Source of the DNA: Octopus sinensis
Lineage: Eukaryota
Length of the DNA: 64,000 nt
Assembly: GCF_006345805.1 (NCBI RefSeq)
Contig: NC_042999.1
Span: 56,730,001-56,794,000 of the forward strand
Direction of reading: 5' to 3'
Shown piece after piece: positions 1 to 11,551 of this stretch (the first letter of the stretch is position 1; each line of letters begins with the position of its first letter). Under the pieces are notes generated by a model. The model searched no databases. It had not been told where the DNA came from and saw nothing but the letters and a program-made list of their open reading frames with translations. The position numbers and the translations under genes are program-made.

Positions 1-455
1 GGAATGTCTGGAATATCAGTAATGTCTGGAATATCAGGAATTTCTGGTATGTCAGGAATGTCTGGAATGTTATTAAACGACATTTAACGTCATTTAAAGT
101 TATTTAACGTCACGTCATGCTGCTTCATCACCTAAGGTCGTTTAACAGCAAGTCATATAACGACATTAAACCTCCCTTGACGTAGCGTTATTTAAAGTCA
201 CGTCATGCCACTTAATTTAACGTCACGTAATTTCAAGCCAGGTCTGGAATGTCAGGAATGTCTGGAATGTCTGGGATGTGAGAAACGTGAGGAATGTGAG
301 GAATGTCAGAAATGTCAGGAATGTCTGGAATGTCAGGTATGTGAGGAATGTCAGGAATATCTGGAATGTCTGGAACGTCTAGAATGTCAGGAATGTCTTG
401 AATGTCAGGAATGTCTTGAATGTCAGGAATGTCTGGTATGTGCGGAATGTGAGGA
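1..455. repeat. 9-bp tandem repeat (GGAATGTCW), two blocks (1-70, ~240-455)
   Basis: Repeated ggaatgtca/ggaatgtct units; they generate the (xEC)n and (IPD)n ORFs. Confidence 0.9.
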
Positions 456-459
456 ATAA

Positions 460-995
460 TGATCGAATTTACACCAGCGGACAGTTGATCGAATTTGCGC
501 AAGTTGACAGTTGATCGAATTCACACCAGTGGACTGTTAATCGAATTAACACTGGCTGACAGTTAATCGAATTTATACCAATGGACAGTTGATCGAATTT
601 ACGCCAATGGACAGTTGATCGAATTTGCGCTAGTGGACATTTGATCGAATTTACACCAGTGGACAGTTGATCGAATTTTCGCTAGTGAACAGTTGCTCGA
701 ATTTTCGCTAGTGGACAATTGATCGAATTTGCACGAGTAGACAGTTGATTGAATTTGCGCTAGTGGACATTTGATCGAATTTACACCAGTGGACAGTTGA
801 TCGAATTTGCGCAAAAGGACAGTTGATCGAATTTACGCCAGTGGACAGTTGATCGAATTTACGCAGTGGACAATTGATAGATTTTGCACAATTAGACAGT
901 TAATCGAATTTTCGCAGTGCTCAATTGATCGAATTTGCAAAAGTAAACAGCTTCTCGAATTTTGACCAGTGGACAGTTGATCGAAATCGTGCAGT
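460..995. repeat. 26-bp tandem minisatellite (GATCGAATTTACACCAGTGGACAGTT-like), ~20 diverged copies
   Basis: Motif gacagttgatcgaattt recurs every ~26 nt with no unique spacers. Confidence 0.9.
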
Positions 996-3044
996 TGAAA
1001 GAAATCATTGAAATGTTATTTCATGACCTTTTATGAATACAATACACATCCGTTATACTTTAAAAATATGTTCCTGGGGAACACAAGATCGCAACTGAGT
1101 ACATGTTAGACTAAAACTAATATGTTATCACAGTGCAAATACAAAATGTTGGCTGACTAGCGGCACCACAAAACAACGGTAAAGAACAGGTTTTCATTTG
1201 TATTTATTATCATTGTTGTACAGGACTATGTAACAACAGATTAACAAAAAATCTTGGATATTCTAAGGAAGAAGAATTCAAACTAATTTGGATATTTTGA
1301 TCCCAATCAATTGGTGGTATAAGATTTGTACAACATTCAAAAGATTCTCCATTTGAGTTTCCTAGAATAAACGTATACACAGAATCATGTGTGCATTTAG
1401 TACAAAACACATAACAACTGACACTCCGTCGGTTAAGATTGTTCCTGATGGTTCCAGTTGATGCAACCAACGGAACTCGTGAAATTAACGTGTTGAGCAC
1501 TCCACAGACACGCGTGCCCTTAACGTTAGTTCTCAAGGAGATTCAGCGTGACACAGAATGTGACAAGGCTAGCCCTTTAAAATACAGGTACTAATCATTT
1601 TGGCGAGCTGAATGGACTAGGGAAACGTGAAATAAAGTGTCTTGCTCAAGGACACAACGCACCGCTGGGAATTGAACTCATGTCCGTAGGCTCGAGAGCC
1701 GAATACCCTAACCATTATGCCACACGCCTTCACTAACACACATATTATAAGAGTAATCAGAGTCAATTACTAGAATGTCAATTTCACCCATTACATTGTG
1801 AGGTTTTATGATATAGAATAGATGTTTTTATAGAAATATTCCATCAGTTTTCTTTATCTTAACAACCATGATTACAGTCTGTATCCGTTAACTTTAGACC
1901 TTTCAGTTCGAAAATCTTTCCTAAATATTGATCACTTTTGTCTGTGTACAAAGAACTTAGATTTTTATAGTATTTTGACACCTTACCCAGAAAATTGAGC
2001 TGCATATATGTTTTGGCAGAATTTTTAGAAGCCTACACAAAATGCCTGCTGTGTTTGAGTTATAAATCCTCTTTCATTTTTCTTGAATCGCTAAAACAAA
2101 GTACCTATCAAATGCCGGTGTCGACTTGATATCTTTACAAATTATCCTGAACATGAATGGGACTATAATATTTCTAGAAATATTTTTGACACACCTATAT
2201 TTCATAAAAGCGAAATATTATTTGTAATAATTATGTAAAAGAGAACATAAGTGGAGAACAAGAAGAAATCAAGAAATGAGTAATTTAAGCAGGGGTATTT
2301 GTACTTCATTAGTTACCGGCAAGTTGGTAGAGTTATTACCACCTTGGACAAAATGCTGAGCGGCATCTCTCCCTGTTCTATGTAACTTTCAGCCTTTCAG
2401 GGTCGATAAAATAGAGTATCAGCTCCGTACTGAGTCGATGTAATCGACTACCCTCCCATATCTTCCCGCATCTAAATTTCAGGCCTTGGGCCCACTAGCC
2501 TAGCTGGGTAAGGTGGATGAGGTGGGGGGGGGGGGGGTCCATCCCGGGCGGCACCTTTGGGTCTGCTGTAGGCAATGTGTTGGATCTTTACCCTTTGAAC
2601 GGCAGATCGAGAAAATAATTTTTTGTAACTAAACACTTTCAAACTTCGGACACTGGTAGAATGTGTCATATAAAACATCTTTTACTCTTAGTGTTGCTGA
2701 GAAAAGTTTTTATTTTCAAAGTTATTTCCTGTTAAAGTAGTCGTATTTCGGTAATTTCAACCAATCAATGACGTATATTCAGCTGAGTAAGATTACTGCT
2801 GTTGGTTGTAATTTTGTCTTCACATTCGTTTATTGCATAGATAATTTTTGCTCTGAAATGCCAACTTCAGCCTCCAGGACACATCGGTCGGTCCGAGGCT
2901 ATACTTGAAGACACTTGCTGGTGAACGAATGGGTGAAAAGGGCCAGGACAATTCACACGATCCGATATTTTCCCTCGGGAAAATGGATATTCTTCCCAAC
3001 CGCACGGTTCCGAGTTCAGGCCCACTGCATGACACCTTGGGCAA

Positions 3045-3810
3045 GTGAATTTTCCGAGTCTTCTCTCCCGCCACGTTCGTCAGTGCGCATTGTTTTTTCA
3101 TATTCGTTTACTACGTGTTTTACGCCTATTACACTATTTTTTCCTTATTTTTGTGATTGGGTGTTAACGTTGAGTCTTCGGATCCAGTGAGTTTGATCGT
3201 GTGAATTTTCCGAGTCCTGTCCTCACCTCGACAGCGCGTATTTTTTTTTTCATATTCGTTTAGTACACATTATTTTACACCTATTGCACTTTTAAAAAAA
3301 AATTTTGGTGGCCGGGTGTCGAAGTTGGGTTACTGGATCGTGTGAATTATCCGAGTCAGCACCCCATCCCTACCCACCCCCGTCACAAAAATTGGAAAAA
3401 GAATAGTGTACTTGGTGTAAAATAATGTGTAGTAAACGAATATGAAGAAAACAAAATTGCACCGACGAATGGGAAGTGGTGAAAGGACTCGGAACACTCC
3501 CGATGTGAATTTTCCGAGTCATGTACCCCCTTCCCGTTCGCCAGCACGCATTTTTTCTTTCATATTCGTTTACTACATGTTGTTTTATTCCTATTACACG
3601 ATTTTGTTTTCATTTTTGTGACCGGGTGTGAACGTTGAGTTTTCGGATCCTGTGAGTTTGATTGTGTGAATATTCCGAGCCATCTCTCCACCCCGCCTCC
3701 GTTCGCCTGCGCACTTTTTTTTTCATATTCGTTTACTACATGTTGTTTTACACCTATTACACTATTTTTTTTTTCATTTTTTTTTTTTTGCTCGGGTCTA
3801 AACATTGGAG
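3045..3810. repeat. Cluster of ~155-bp repeat units, direct and inverted; related copy at ~29240-29480
   Basis: Recurring gtgaattttccgagtc and ttttcatattcgtttactac motifs; unit at ~3380-3500 is inverted. Confidence 0.7.
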
Positions 3811-3817
3811 GCTAACC

Positions 3818-4168
3818 GTCGATTACATAGACCCCAGTGTTCAACTAGTACTTATTTTATCAACCCTGAGAAGATGAAAGGCAAAGTCGACCTCTGCGGA
3901 ATTTGAATTCAGAACGTAAAGACGGACAAAATACCTATTTCTTTACTACCCACAAGGGGCTAAACACAGAGAGGACAAACAAAGACAGACAAACGGATTA
4001 AGTCGATTATATCGACCCCAATGCGTAACTGGTACTTATTTAATCGACCCCGAAAGGATGAAAGGCAAAGTCGACCTCGGCGGAATTTGAACTCAGAACG
4101 TAGCGACAGACGAAATACTGCTAAGCATTTTGCCCGGCGTGCTGACGTTTCTGCCAATTCGCTGCCTT
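3818..4168 (-). mobile_element. tRNA-derived SINE (MetaSINE-like core), partial tandem dimer
   Basis: Minus strand: head aggcagcgaattggcagaa, B-box gagttcaaattcc, core gtcgactttgcctttcatcctttcggggtcgat, tail ccccttgtgggtagtaaagaaata, then a second headless copy. Confidence 0.8.
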
Positions 4169-4589
4169 GCGGCGTCAAACTGATGTTATTCACTGAGAAC
4201 GTCTCGTGACTTTTATTGCTTCACTTTTGAATTTTCTATCGATATTAACTCAGTCCGTACACGAGCATAATAAGGGAGTGAACTCTACTTTCCTTAAAGA
4301 CTAATAAATGGGCGAATACTCAAGGACGCCCTTCGTATAAAACCTAAATATTAAAGTCGGTACTAAACCACACAGTATTGATTTAGAATATTTTAATTAA
4401 TTAAAATTACATCCATAGTGAGGAACATAAACTGATGATCGTAATGGAAAATTCTGGTCAGAAAAGTAGGAAGAAGCAAACACGAAATTTAGAGCAATGG
4501 ATTAAAAATGAAATGTTGATCTTTGAATCGCTAGAAAAAAAAAAAACAAAAGAAAGAAGATTTAAGTGAACGAACATGGACCAAATATT

Positions 4590-4800
4590 GATTTCAAAAT
4601 TTTAGCACAAGGCCAGGAATTTCGCTGGAAGGTGAAAAGTTGCTTACATCGACTCAAGTGGTACTTAGTTTATAGAAACTCCAAAAGGATGAAAGGCAAA
4701 GTCGACCTCGGCGGAATTTAACTCTGCAAGTAAAGACGGACGAAATGCCGCTAAGTATTTTTTTCGGTGCGGTAACGATTCTGTTAGATCTCTGTTTTCA
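4590..4800 (-). mobile_element. MetaSINE-like SINE, decayed
   Basis: Core ggatgaaaggcaaagtcgacctcggcggaattt at ~4687-4718. Confidence 0.7.
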
Positions 4801-5151
4801 TCTTCCAATAAATATTATCCCATTTTCATTTTACGGTATGAAATACTTTTTATTCACTTTATTACAATTCATACTAGTATGAAACCACATCATACGTTGT
4901 ATTTCTCTAGTTCACTTACAAAGAACAGAGTAATAATCCAGATAGGTGTGTTGTCATTTACTCGCAAAGAAGAAAACACAGTGATACTCCAGATAGGTGT
5001 ATTCCAATGTAAAACTCAAGACTGTAATAATAACGTAAACCAAAAATCGAGACGCTTGGTGAACGTTCTCGCGAGTTCCAGAACTTTGAATTCTATTGGT
5101 TAGCGATCTCCACAACACCTCTCTACCGAAACTGATACTACACAAAAAGAA

Positions 5152-5585
5152 TTAAAAACAAAGTCTCTTTCTAGGCTTGGGTATTCTTTTGGATCGTCTA
5201 GAGTTGTCCGGTTCATACTCTGGAACAAGCGGTTTGGGATAAAAGTGGTCTTGTCTGTCTCTGAGTTTGTGGCACTTCTTCCAGGATTTCCAATGGATGA
5301 TCTGTTGGAAGCTCGGAAATATTGTCAATCTCATCACCAGATTCGCAGTCCTCTGCAGAAGCGTAGTGCGGACGTAGCTGTTCCCAGTATCATCTCCATA
5401 CTGGGCCATGAGGAAAAACCTTGACGTTGAAACAGCGGGTACCCAAAGACTTCCTGGCGACTGCTGCTACCCATCGGGGCTGCTTGTCACGGCGAGGTCC
5501 ATAGCACAGTGCATAAACAAGATCACCAGTCTTGTACTATTTGGTTACTTCGGCGACACCTCCTGAGTCTGTTGCCATCTCCGCC
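5152..5585 (-). pseudogene. Gypsy/Ty3 (K02A2.6-like) pol C-terminal fragment
   Basis: Reads GDLVYALCYGPRRDKQPRWVAAVARKSLGTRCFNVKVFPHGPVWR*YWEQLRPHY...RRSKRIPKPRKRL, typical of the post-integrase region; contains stops. Confidence 0.7.
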
Positions 5586-5909
5586 TTCGATGACACCTTG
5601 TGTGTGTATGTTTGTGTGTGTGTGTGTTGTGTGTGTGTGTGTGTGTGTGTGTGTGCACATGTATGTAGCTAAATGGATATAAATGTAAACAGATAAACAT
5701 ACAGACGGATAGGTACATAGGTAATATGAACAGACAAGCACACATACACACATACATACACAAATGATGACAGAAACATGTGACCATATACACACACACT
5801 TCACACAAGGACACATATGGAGACACACTTCCATACATACAGATAGAGTACATAGTCACAAAAACCCATACTTAGACTCACTCAGACATGCTTTTATAAG
5901 GAGACGGAG

Positions 5910-5993
<84 letters not shown>

Positions 5994-6119
5994 AGAAAGA
6001 CACACAAACATGAATATGCAGAATACATACATGCAAACGTACACACATACATACATATATACATACGCGCACACATGCATACACACACTTATATGCATAC
6101 ATGCATGCGTGCATACATT

Positions 6120-6650
6120 TTGCTTACATGGGGGATCAGGGTGATGGTAGTTTGAGCAGGGTCTGGAAGAGTAGAGACATCAGACTCGCTACCAGATGCA
6201 AATTGGTGAATGCAATTGTTTTCTCAATAGCAACATATGGATGCAAGACCTGGACACTAAAGAAAGCTGACCAGAAGAGAATTAATGCATTCGAGCTTTG
6301 GTGTTGGAGAAGACTTTTGCGGATTCCATGGACTGCGAGGCTCGCCAATGGAGAAGTTCTTAAGCAGATAAGGCCGAAAATGTCGCTAGAAGCTAGGATC
6401 ACCAAGCGTAGATTGGCATATTTCGGTCATATTATGCGAAGAGAATCCCTGGAGAAGGACATCATGCTCGGAATGGTCAGTGGCAAGAGAGGAAGAGGCC
6501 GACCAAGAACCCGCTGGCTTTACACCATCAGGAGTGATACCGGAATGGACATGGCCAGTCTGAAGGAAGCGGCCCAGGATAGAACTGACTGGAGGACACT
6601 GATCCAACGAGTGACCGAGAGTCGACTTCGACTGAGCGGATAGAGAGAGA
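6120..6650 (+). mobile_element. 5'-truncated RTE LINE (BovB-like C-terminus)
   Basis: TYGCKTWT, FELWCWRRLLRIPWT, LAYFGHIMRR, GKRGRGRPRTRW, RVTESRLRLS; flanked by microsatellites. Confidence 0.9.
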
Positions 6651-7196
6651 TGCATGCATACATACATACATACATACATACATACATACATACATACATG
6701 TGCATGTGCACACAAACTGACCCACACACATTGGCACAAACAAAAAAATACAGTCAAAGGCTAAAGATGATTTTTTTTTTTTGCAACCATTAAAATAACT
6801 CGGTACATATGACCGGAAGGCTTTATATTACTCAGATCGTATGAAACAAGATCTAACTGAAATTCTGAAAATATGCATGGATGTTAGAGGTAAAATTTAT
6901 GATAATTCTTTGGACAGGCAGAAGGTTAAGATTATAATTTTTTTTAGTTTCATCTGGTGATTGTTGAAATCGTAATAAAGGCACCGAATTGACCTTTATT
7001 ACGATTTTGACATATTTAACCACAGAAATGGGGCTAGGCGGGAGAGAATAATGTATAATAAGAGGAATAGAATAGAAAGAAGGCGAAGAACGGTTAACTT
7101 TTCTATGCCATGTGATATAACAACTTGGAATATAAAACATTACAGATAATAATCCTTTCTCCTAAAGACACAAATTCTGAAATTTGGAGGGAGGGA

Positions 7197-7545
7197 ACTA
7201 GTCGATTACATCGATCCCAGTGTTTCACTGGTACTTAATTTATCGACCCCAAAAAGATGAAAGGCAATGTCGACCTCGGCGGAATTTGAACCCAGAACGT
7301 AAAGACGGACGAAATACCTATTTCTTTACTACCCACAAGGGGCTAAACACAGAGAGGACAAACAAGGACAGACAAACGGATTAAATCGATTATATCGACC
7401 CCAGTGCGCAAGTGGTACTTAATTTATCGACCCCGAAAGGATGAAAGGCAAAGTCGACCTCGGCGGAATTTGAACTCAGAACGTAACGGCAGACGAAATA
7501 CTGCTAAGCATTTCGTCCAGCGTGCTAACGATTCTGTTTGCTCAA
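7197..7545 (-). mobile_element. MetaSINE-like SINE partial tandem dimer
   Basis: Same organisation and junction (aatacc|tatttctttactacccacaagggg, 7318/7319) as the copy at 3818-4168. Confidence 0.8.
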
Positions 7546-8329
7546 TAACATAAATAAACTGCACCGACGATTCGAAAGAAGGCTGAAATGGTGTTATCTA
7601 TAACTACCAACGACTGGAAAGTTTAAGATCTTTATAGTATGTCGAAGAAAGAAATATTAAATGTATATATTCATTAAGCCTTTTTTCTTTCATATAAATT
7701 TCAAGCTTCTATTTCTACCTTAACTTAGGCTAGACAGGGTTGTCTCCCCTAACCGCTACTGCTACAATATGTGTGCGAAATAAATTGAAATACTGATGTG
7801 ATAAAATGAGATGATGTATGAAAGATGTATAAATACGTTCACAGGTACATGTCAATTTACGTCGGTAATTGGTTCCAATATATGCGACGTAACTCGATAA
7901 ACGACATCACACTGAAAAACTTTTATAAAAAGTTATTTGCTCTTGTATGTTTTAATAAATGGTTTGTCCATTTTTTCACTTGTATTTAATTTTATTTTTC
8001 ACTTCAGTATCGGTTTTTAGGTATTTTTTATTTGTTTTTAACGCAAAGTCGGATCAGTCGGCTGTATTTGATGCTTTTGTTCTTTTCGTTTTCCGTTTTT
8101 TTTTTCCAATAATTTCTTAAAAAAACGACGTTAAGTTGAAAAAGTCGCGAGTCGAAACAACGCAAGCGAAAGTAATACCTGTACTTAGGAAAGATGTATT
8201 ACTTCTACATTATTTACATTCGACGGACATTTATCCTCATTTTGTTTGTTGTTAATACAACGTTAACACACGCCACCTCAAATAATTTACTCAGCGAATG
8301 GCTTCATCTTTCTAATCTGTCTCAAAAAG

Positions 8330-8677
8330 CCCAATGATGATGGTATCGTGGTCACCAGAGGCAGGCCTGGAAAGCTGGAAGTCTCTAGTCCGTGACCACA
8401 CATTGGCAGCGAATCTCGGTTGCCCTCCAATGAATAGCCGTGCAATTGGACTTCGGCAGCTAGACTCGTGACTGGCTGGCCTCTTTAGGATTACTGTGGC
8501 CCACCCCTCAAGAGGAAGCCCCTAGAAAAGGTGGGGTAAACATCGGACACGGCAACTCGATGTGGCCAGCTGGCGGACCCACTTAACGGTTGGAACTCTA
8601 CTAAATCCTCCATTTTTACAACCTCTCGCCTTCGGGGCCTGGAACATCTGCACTCTTCAGGACAAGAGTGACATACA
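8330..8677 (+). mobile_element. RTE LINE 5' UTR and start of AP-endonuclease, truncated
   Basis: Ends in LAFGAWNICTLQDKSDI, matching the RTE APE N-terminal (G.WNVRTL.D) motif. Confidence 0.6.
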
Positions 8678-8727
8678 TTGGGATCTGGTTATTCGTTTTG
8701 CAGCGTGGTTCACGAACAGTGCAGTGT

Positions 8728-9211
8728 TGTAACCTGGGTGAGTTGCTTATTGAGTTGTGTACGTAGAGAGATGTTGACGTTAGGACGAATGATGGTGGCG
8801 GATATGGAGGTCGCTGAATGCTATTGGACGAAGTTGATGGATCTACACGTGGCTGCTGTTGTGTTGTCGCTGGAACTGGCGGTGTCTTGTGTGGTCAGTG
8901 GCCAGACCTTAAGACGTCTGGAACCGAATGACATCGAAACGAGGAAAAGTTAGGTTTTTTATAATGAGTTGTAAGCTCAGCTGAGATAGAAAACAGGTTG
9001 TCACACGTGACCTTATTTGAAGGCTGCGATTGGTTGGGTTGCATATTGGCATGCGATAGAGCAAGAGATAAATTGCGCCAATACCAACCAATCAGAGTAG
9101 TGGGCACAACACATCCAAAATGCAGCCAAAGGCTAGCTGTTATCTACTACGTTCGTATGTATGTATATATATAATAGAGAGGAGAGGAATTTTACTCGAG
9201 TGTACGCTACA
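8728..9211 (-). mobile_element. LTR-like element distantly related to 19330-19828
   Basis: Minus strand begins TGTAGCG and ends GTTACA; same ordered motifs (ctttggctg, gattgg, ttggcgcaa, ccaatcgcagc, tataaaa, gtctta, ctgaccacaca, ccagttccag). No TSD seen. Confidence 0.45.
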
Positions 9212-10035
9212 CGTTGCATAGAAAGAACTATGACTCTACAATTACGACATTCTACTCCTATGACCTCCTACATTTATGACATCTTAAAATTATAACATGC
9301 TAAAATTATTATATCCTTCAATTATGACATATTTGGCAAAGATTACACAGCTACTGAAGCTCTTTGCAAATGTTACTGCATCACATCTGAAATGCTAGAT
9401 TTAATAAGCTTCCGGACCATCTATGGACGACTCAATTATGACACTATATTAGATCTAAGAACTTGCGATTTTCTATGAAAGATGTTAAGAAAATTCGTTA
9501 CGAAAACATCACATACTCGGCATTGAAACCACAATTCAACTATCTTCCTTGTACTAAATTGATCAAATCCACGCAACCATTTCAATGTCTCAAGGTCGGC
9601 TTCAAATGTCTTCTAGCATCGTATATCGTTTTACTGACGTTACTTTTTTTGGTGATAAACGAATATTGAACATTTTCATTAAATATTCAGCTGAAATAAC
9701 AACGAGGTTATAGAGTAATATTTTTATTCTTACGTGTTCAGAAACGATAGTTGTGGTTCATTCTCCAGTCAAATCAAGCCAAATCAAATAGAATCTCAAA
9801 ACTTCTCAATTACATATGATATAAATTAGAAACAAAAAAAAATGGATCTTTTCACTTTGACCGGCAGATTTTAAAAATAATTTCTTTGTAACTAAACACT
9901 TTTAAACTTCGTATACTGGTAGAATGTGTCACATAAAACATCTTTTTCTCTTGGCGTTCTTCAGAAAATTATGTAGTTTGTAAGTTATTTCTTGTTTAAT
10001 TTCTCGTATTTCGGCAATTTCAACCAATCAATGAC

Positions 10036-10350
10036 ATGGCACCTTGGGCAAGTGTCTTCTACTATAGCCTCGAGCCGACCAAAGCCTTGTGAGTGGATTT
10101 GGTAGACGGAAACTGAAAGAAGCCCGTCGTATGTGTGTGTGTGTTTGTGTGTCGGTGTTTGTCCCCCCAACATCGCTTGACAACCGATGGTGGTGTGTTT
10201 GCGTCCCCGTAACTTGGCGGTTTGGCAAAAGAGACCAATAGAATAAGTACTAGGCTTACAAAGAATAAGTCCTGGGGTCGATTTGCTCGACTAAAGGCGG
10301 TGCTCCAGCATGGCCGCAGTCAAATGACTGAAACAAGTAAACAGAAAGCG
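10036..10350 (+). mobile_element. Second tRNA-SINE family (ccttgggcaagtg body, gaaacaagtaaaagag tail), 5'-truncated; many other copies in window
   Basis: Matches the full copy at 43395-43845; further pieces at ~11397, 27210, 34050, 37380, 40380, 41060, 42850, 56935, 62322, 63915. Confidence 0.85.
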
Positions 10351-11551
10351 GTCGGGTTCATTTTTAGTATTCTCGTTTGTGAGAGCAGTCGAGTTTATTT
10401 CGAATATTCTCATTTTAAAAATCATCTCTGGCTAATCGTTGAGAGGACGTTAGTGTTGCCTCGGCGGAGGTTTGCGCTTTCTGAGTGCTCTATCTCTACT
10501 GATTTCTTATAAGGAAGGGAAGTCTTCCAGTTATTTCGTAGTTGTCCAACTTGGTATCTGATATTGATGAGGATGAGAGTGTCATATAACATCAGGAATT
10601 ACATACTGCGACAGAGATAGTATTTGGAGCTTACATCAAGCTACAGATACAGCAACATGCGGCTTGCCTAACATAACTGGAAACAGTTGTGTTACATTCG
10701 TGGTGACATAAGTTCCAGTCATCTATCTGCCATCTCTTTTAACTGTCTTCCTGGGTTGTCTGGCCGTGGCAAGAATAGAGACATATCGCACAACCTCTGC
10801 AATTACCTCCAAAAGCAGCCACAAGAATATTCCAGAAGATTGACGCCGATTGATTGCTTAATAGACCGATCACGTAAAACTGCTGTGGTTCGATTGTGAT
10901 ATATGACCGGCTACCAAGCGGTTCAGTTTCGAATCACCGCTACAAGAGCATAAGTAGCTCGAAATGCATTTTGTTTGTTTTCAGACGACGCCATGAACTG
11001 GCTGAGATGTTTTAACACTTTCTTGTCTAAAACGAAAAATTTTCTCCATGGCAAATCGCCGTAAAAATAACCTTTTTACAGATTAAATAAGCTCCAAGCA
11101 TATCTAAATTGATATATTTTTTTTTAATTAAAGAACAGTTGTGAACGTTGAAGACGTTGAGGATTTTGACGAAGTGCGAAGTGAGAAAGATGTTCTTAGT
11201 ACAAGAACATTAACTGCTAAAAAGTCGGTGATGACTAAAGGAGTTTGGAGAGTAGCAGAAGCACATGTATTTAGAGCAATGGTTTTCAACCGGGGTCAAT
11301 ATGAACCTTAGGGGTTCCATATAAGATTTTGTTGTTGAAGTTTATGTACAATAAATTGGTTAAGCTTCAAAAATACACAAAATAAACTATTAAACTTAGC
11401 GGTTCGGCAAAAGAGGCCGATAGAATAAGTACTAGGCTTACAAAGAAGTCCTGGGGTCGATTTGCTCGACTAAAGGCGGTGCTCCAACATGGCCACAGTC
11501 AAATGACTGAAACAAGTAAAAGAGTAAACAGTAATATAGTTCCTTATAATA

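Noticed and set aside
205-502. Cys-rich metallothionein-like (xEC)n ORF and (IPD)n ORF
   Set aside because: Direct translations of the 9-bp satellite; no splice or homology support.
460-995. CRISPR-like array
   Set aside because: Units are contiguous diverged repeats without unique spacers; eukaryotic context, no cas genes. The same applies to the 42-bp array at 16401-16600.
5600-6110. His/Thr- and Val/Cys-rich ORFs
   Set aside because: (CA)n/(TG)n microsatellite translations; likewise at 16850, 25430-25590, 26200-26530, 27100-27600, 27980-28090, 43560-43640, 61880-61950.
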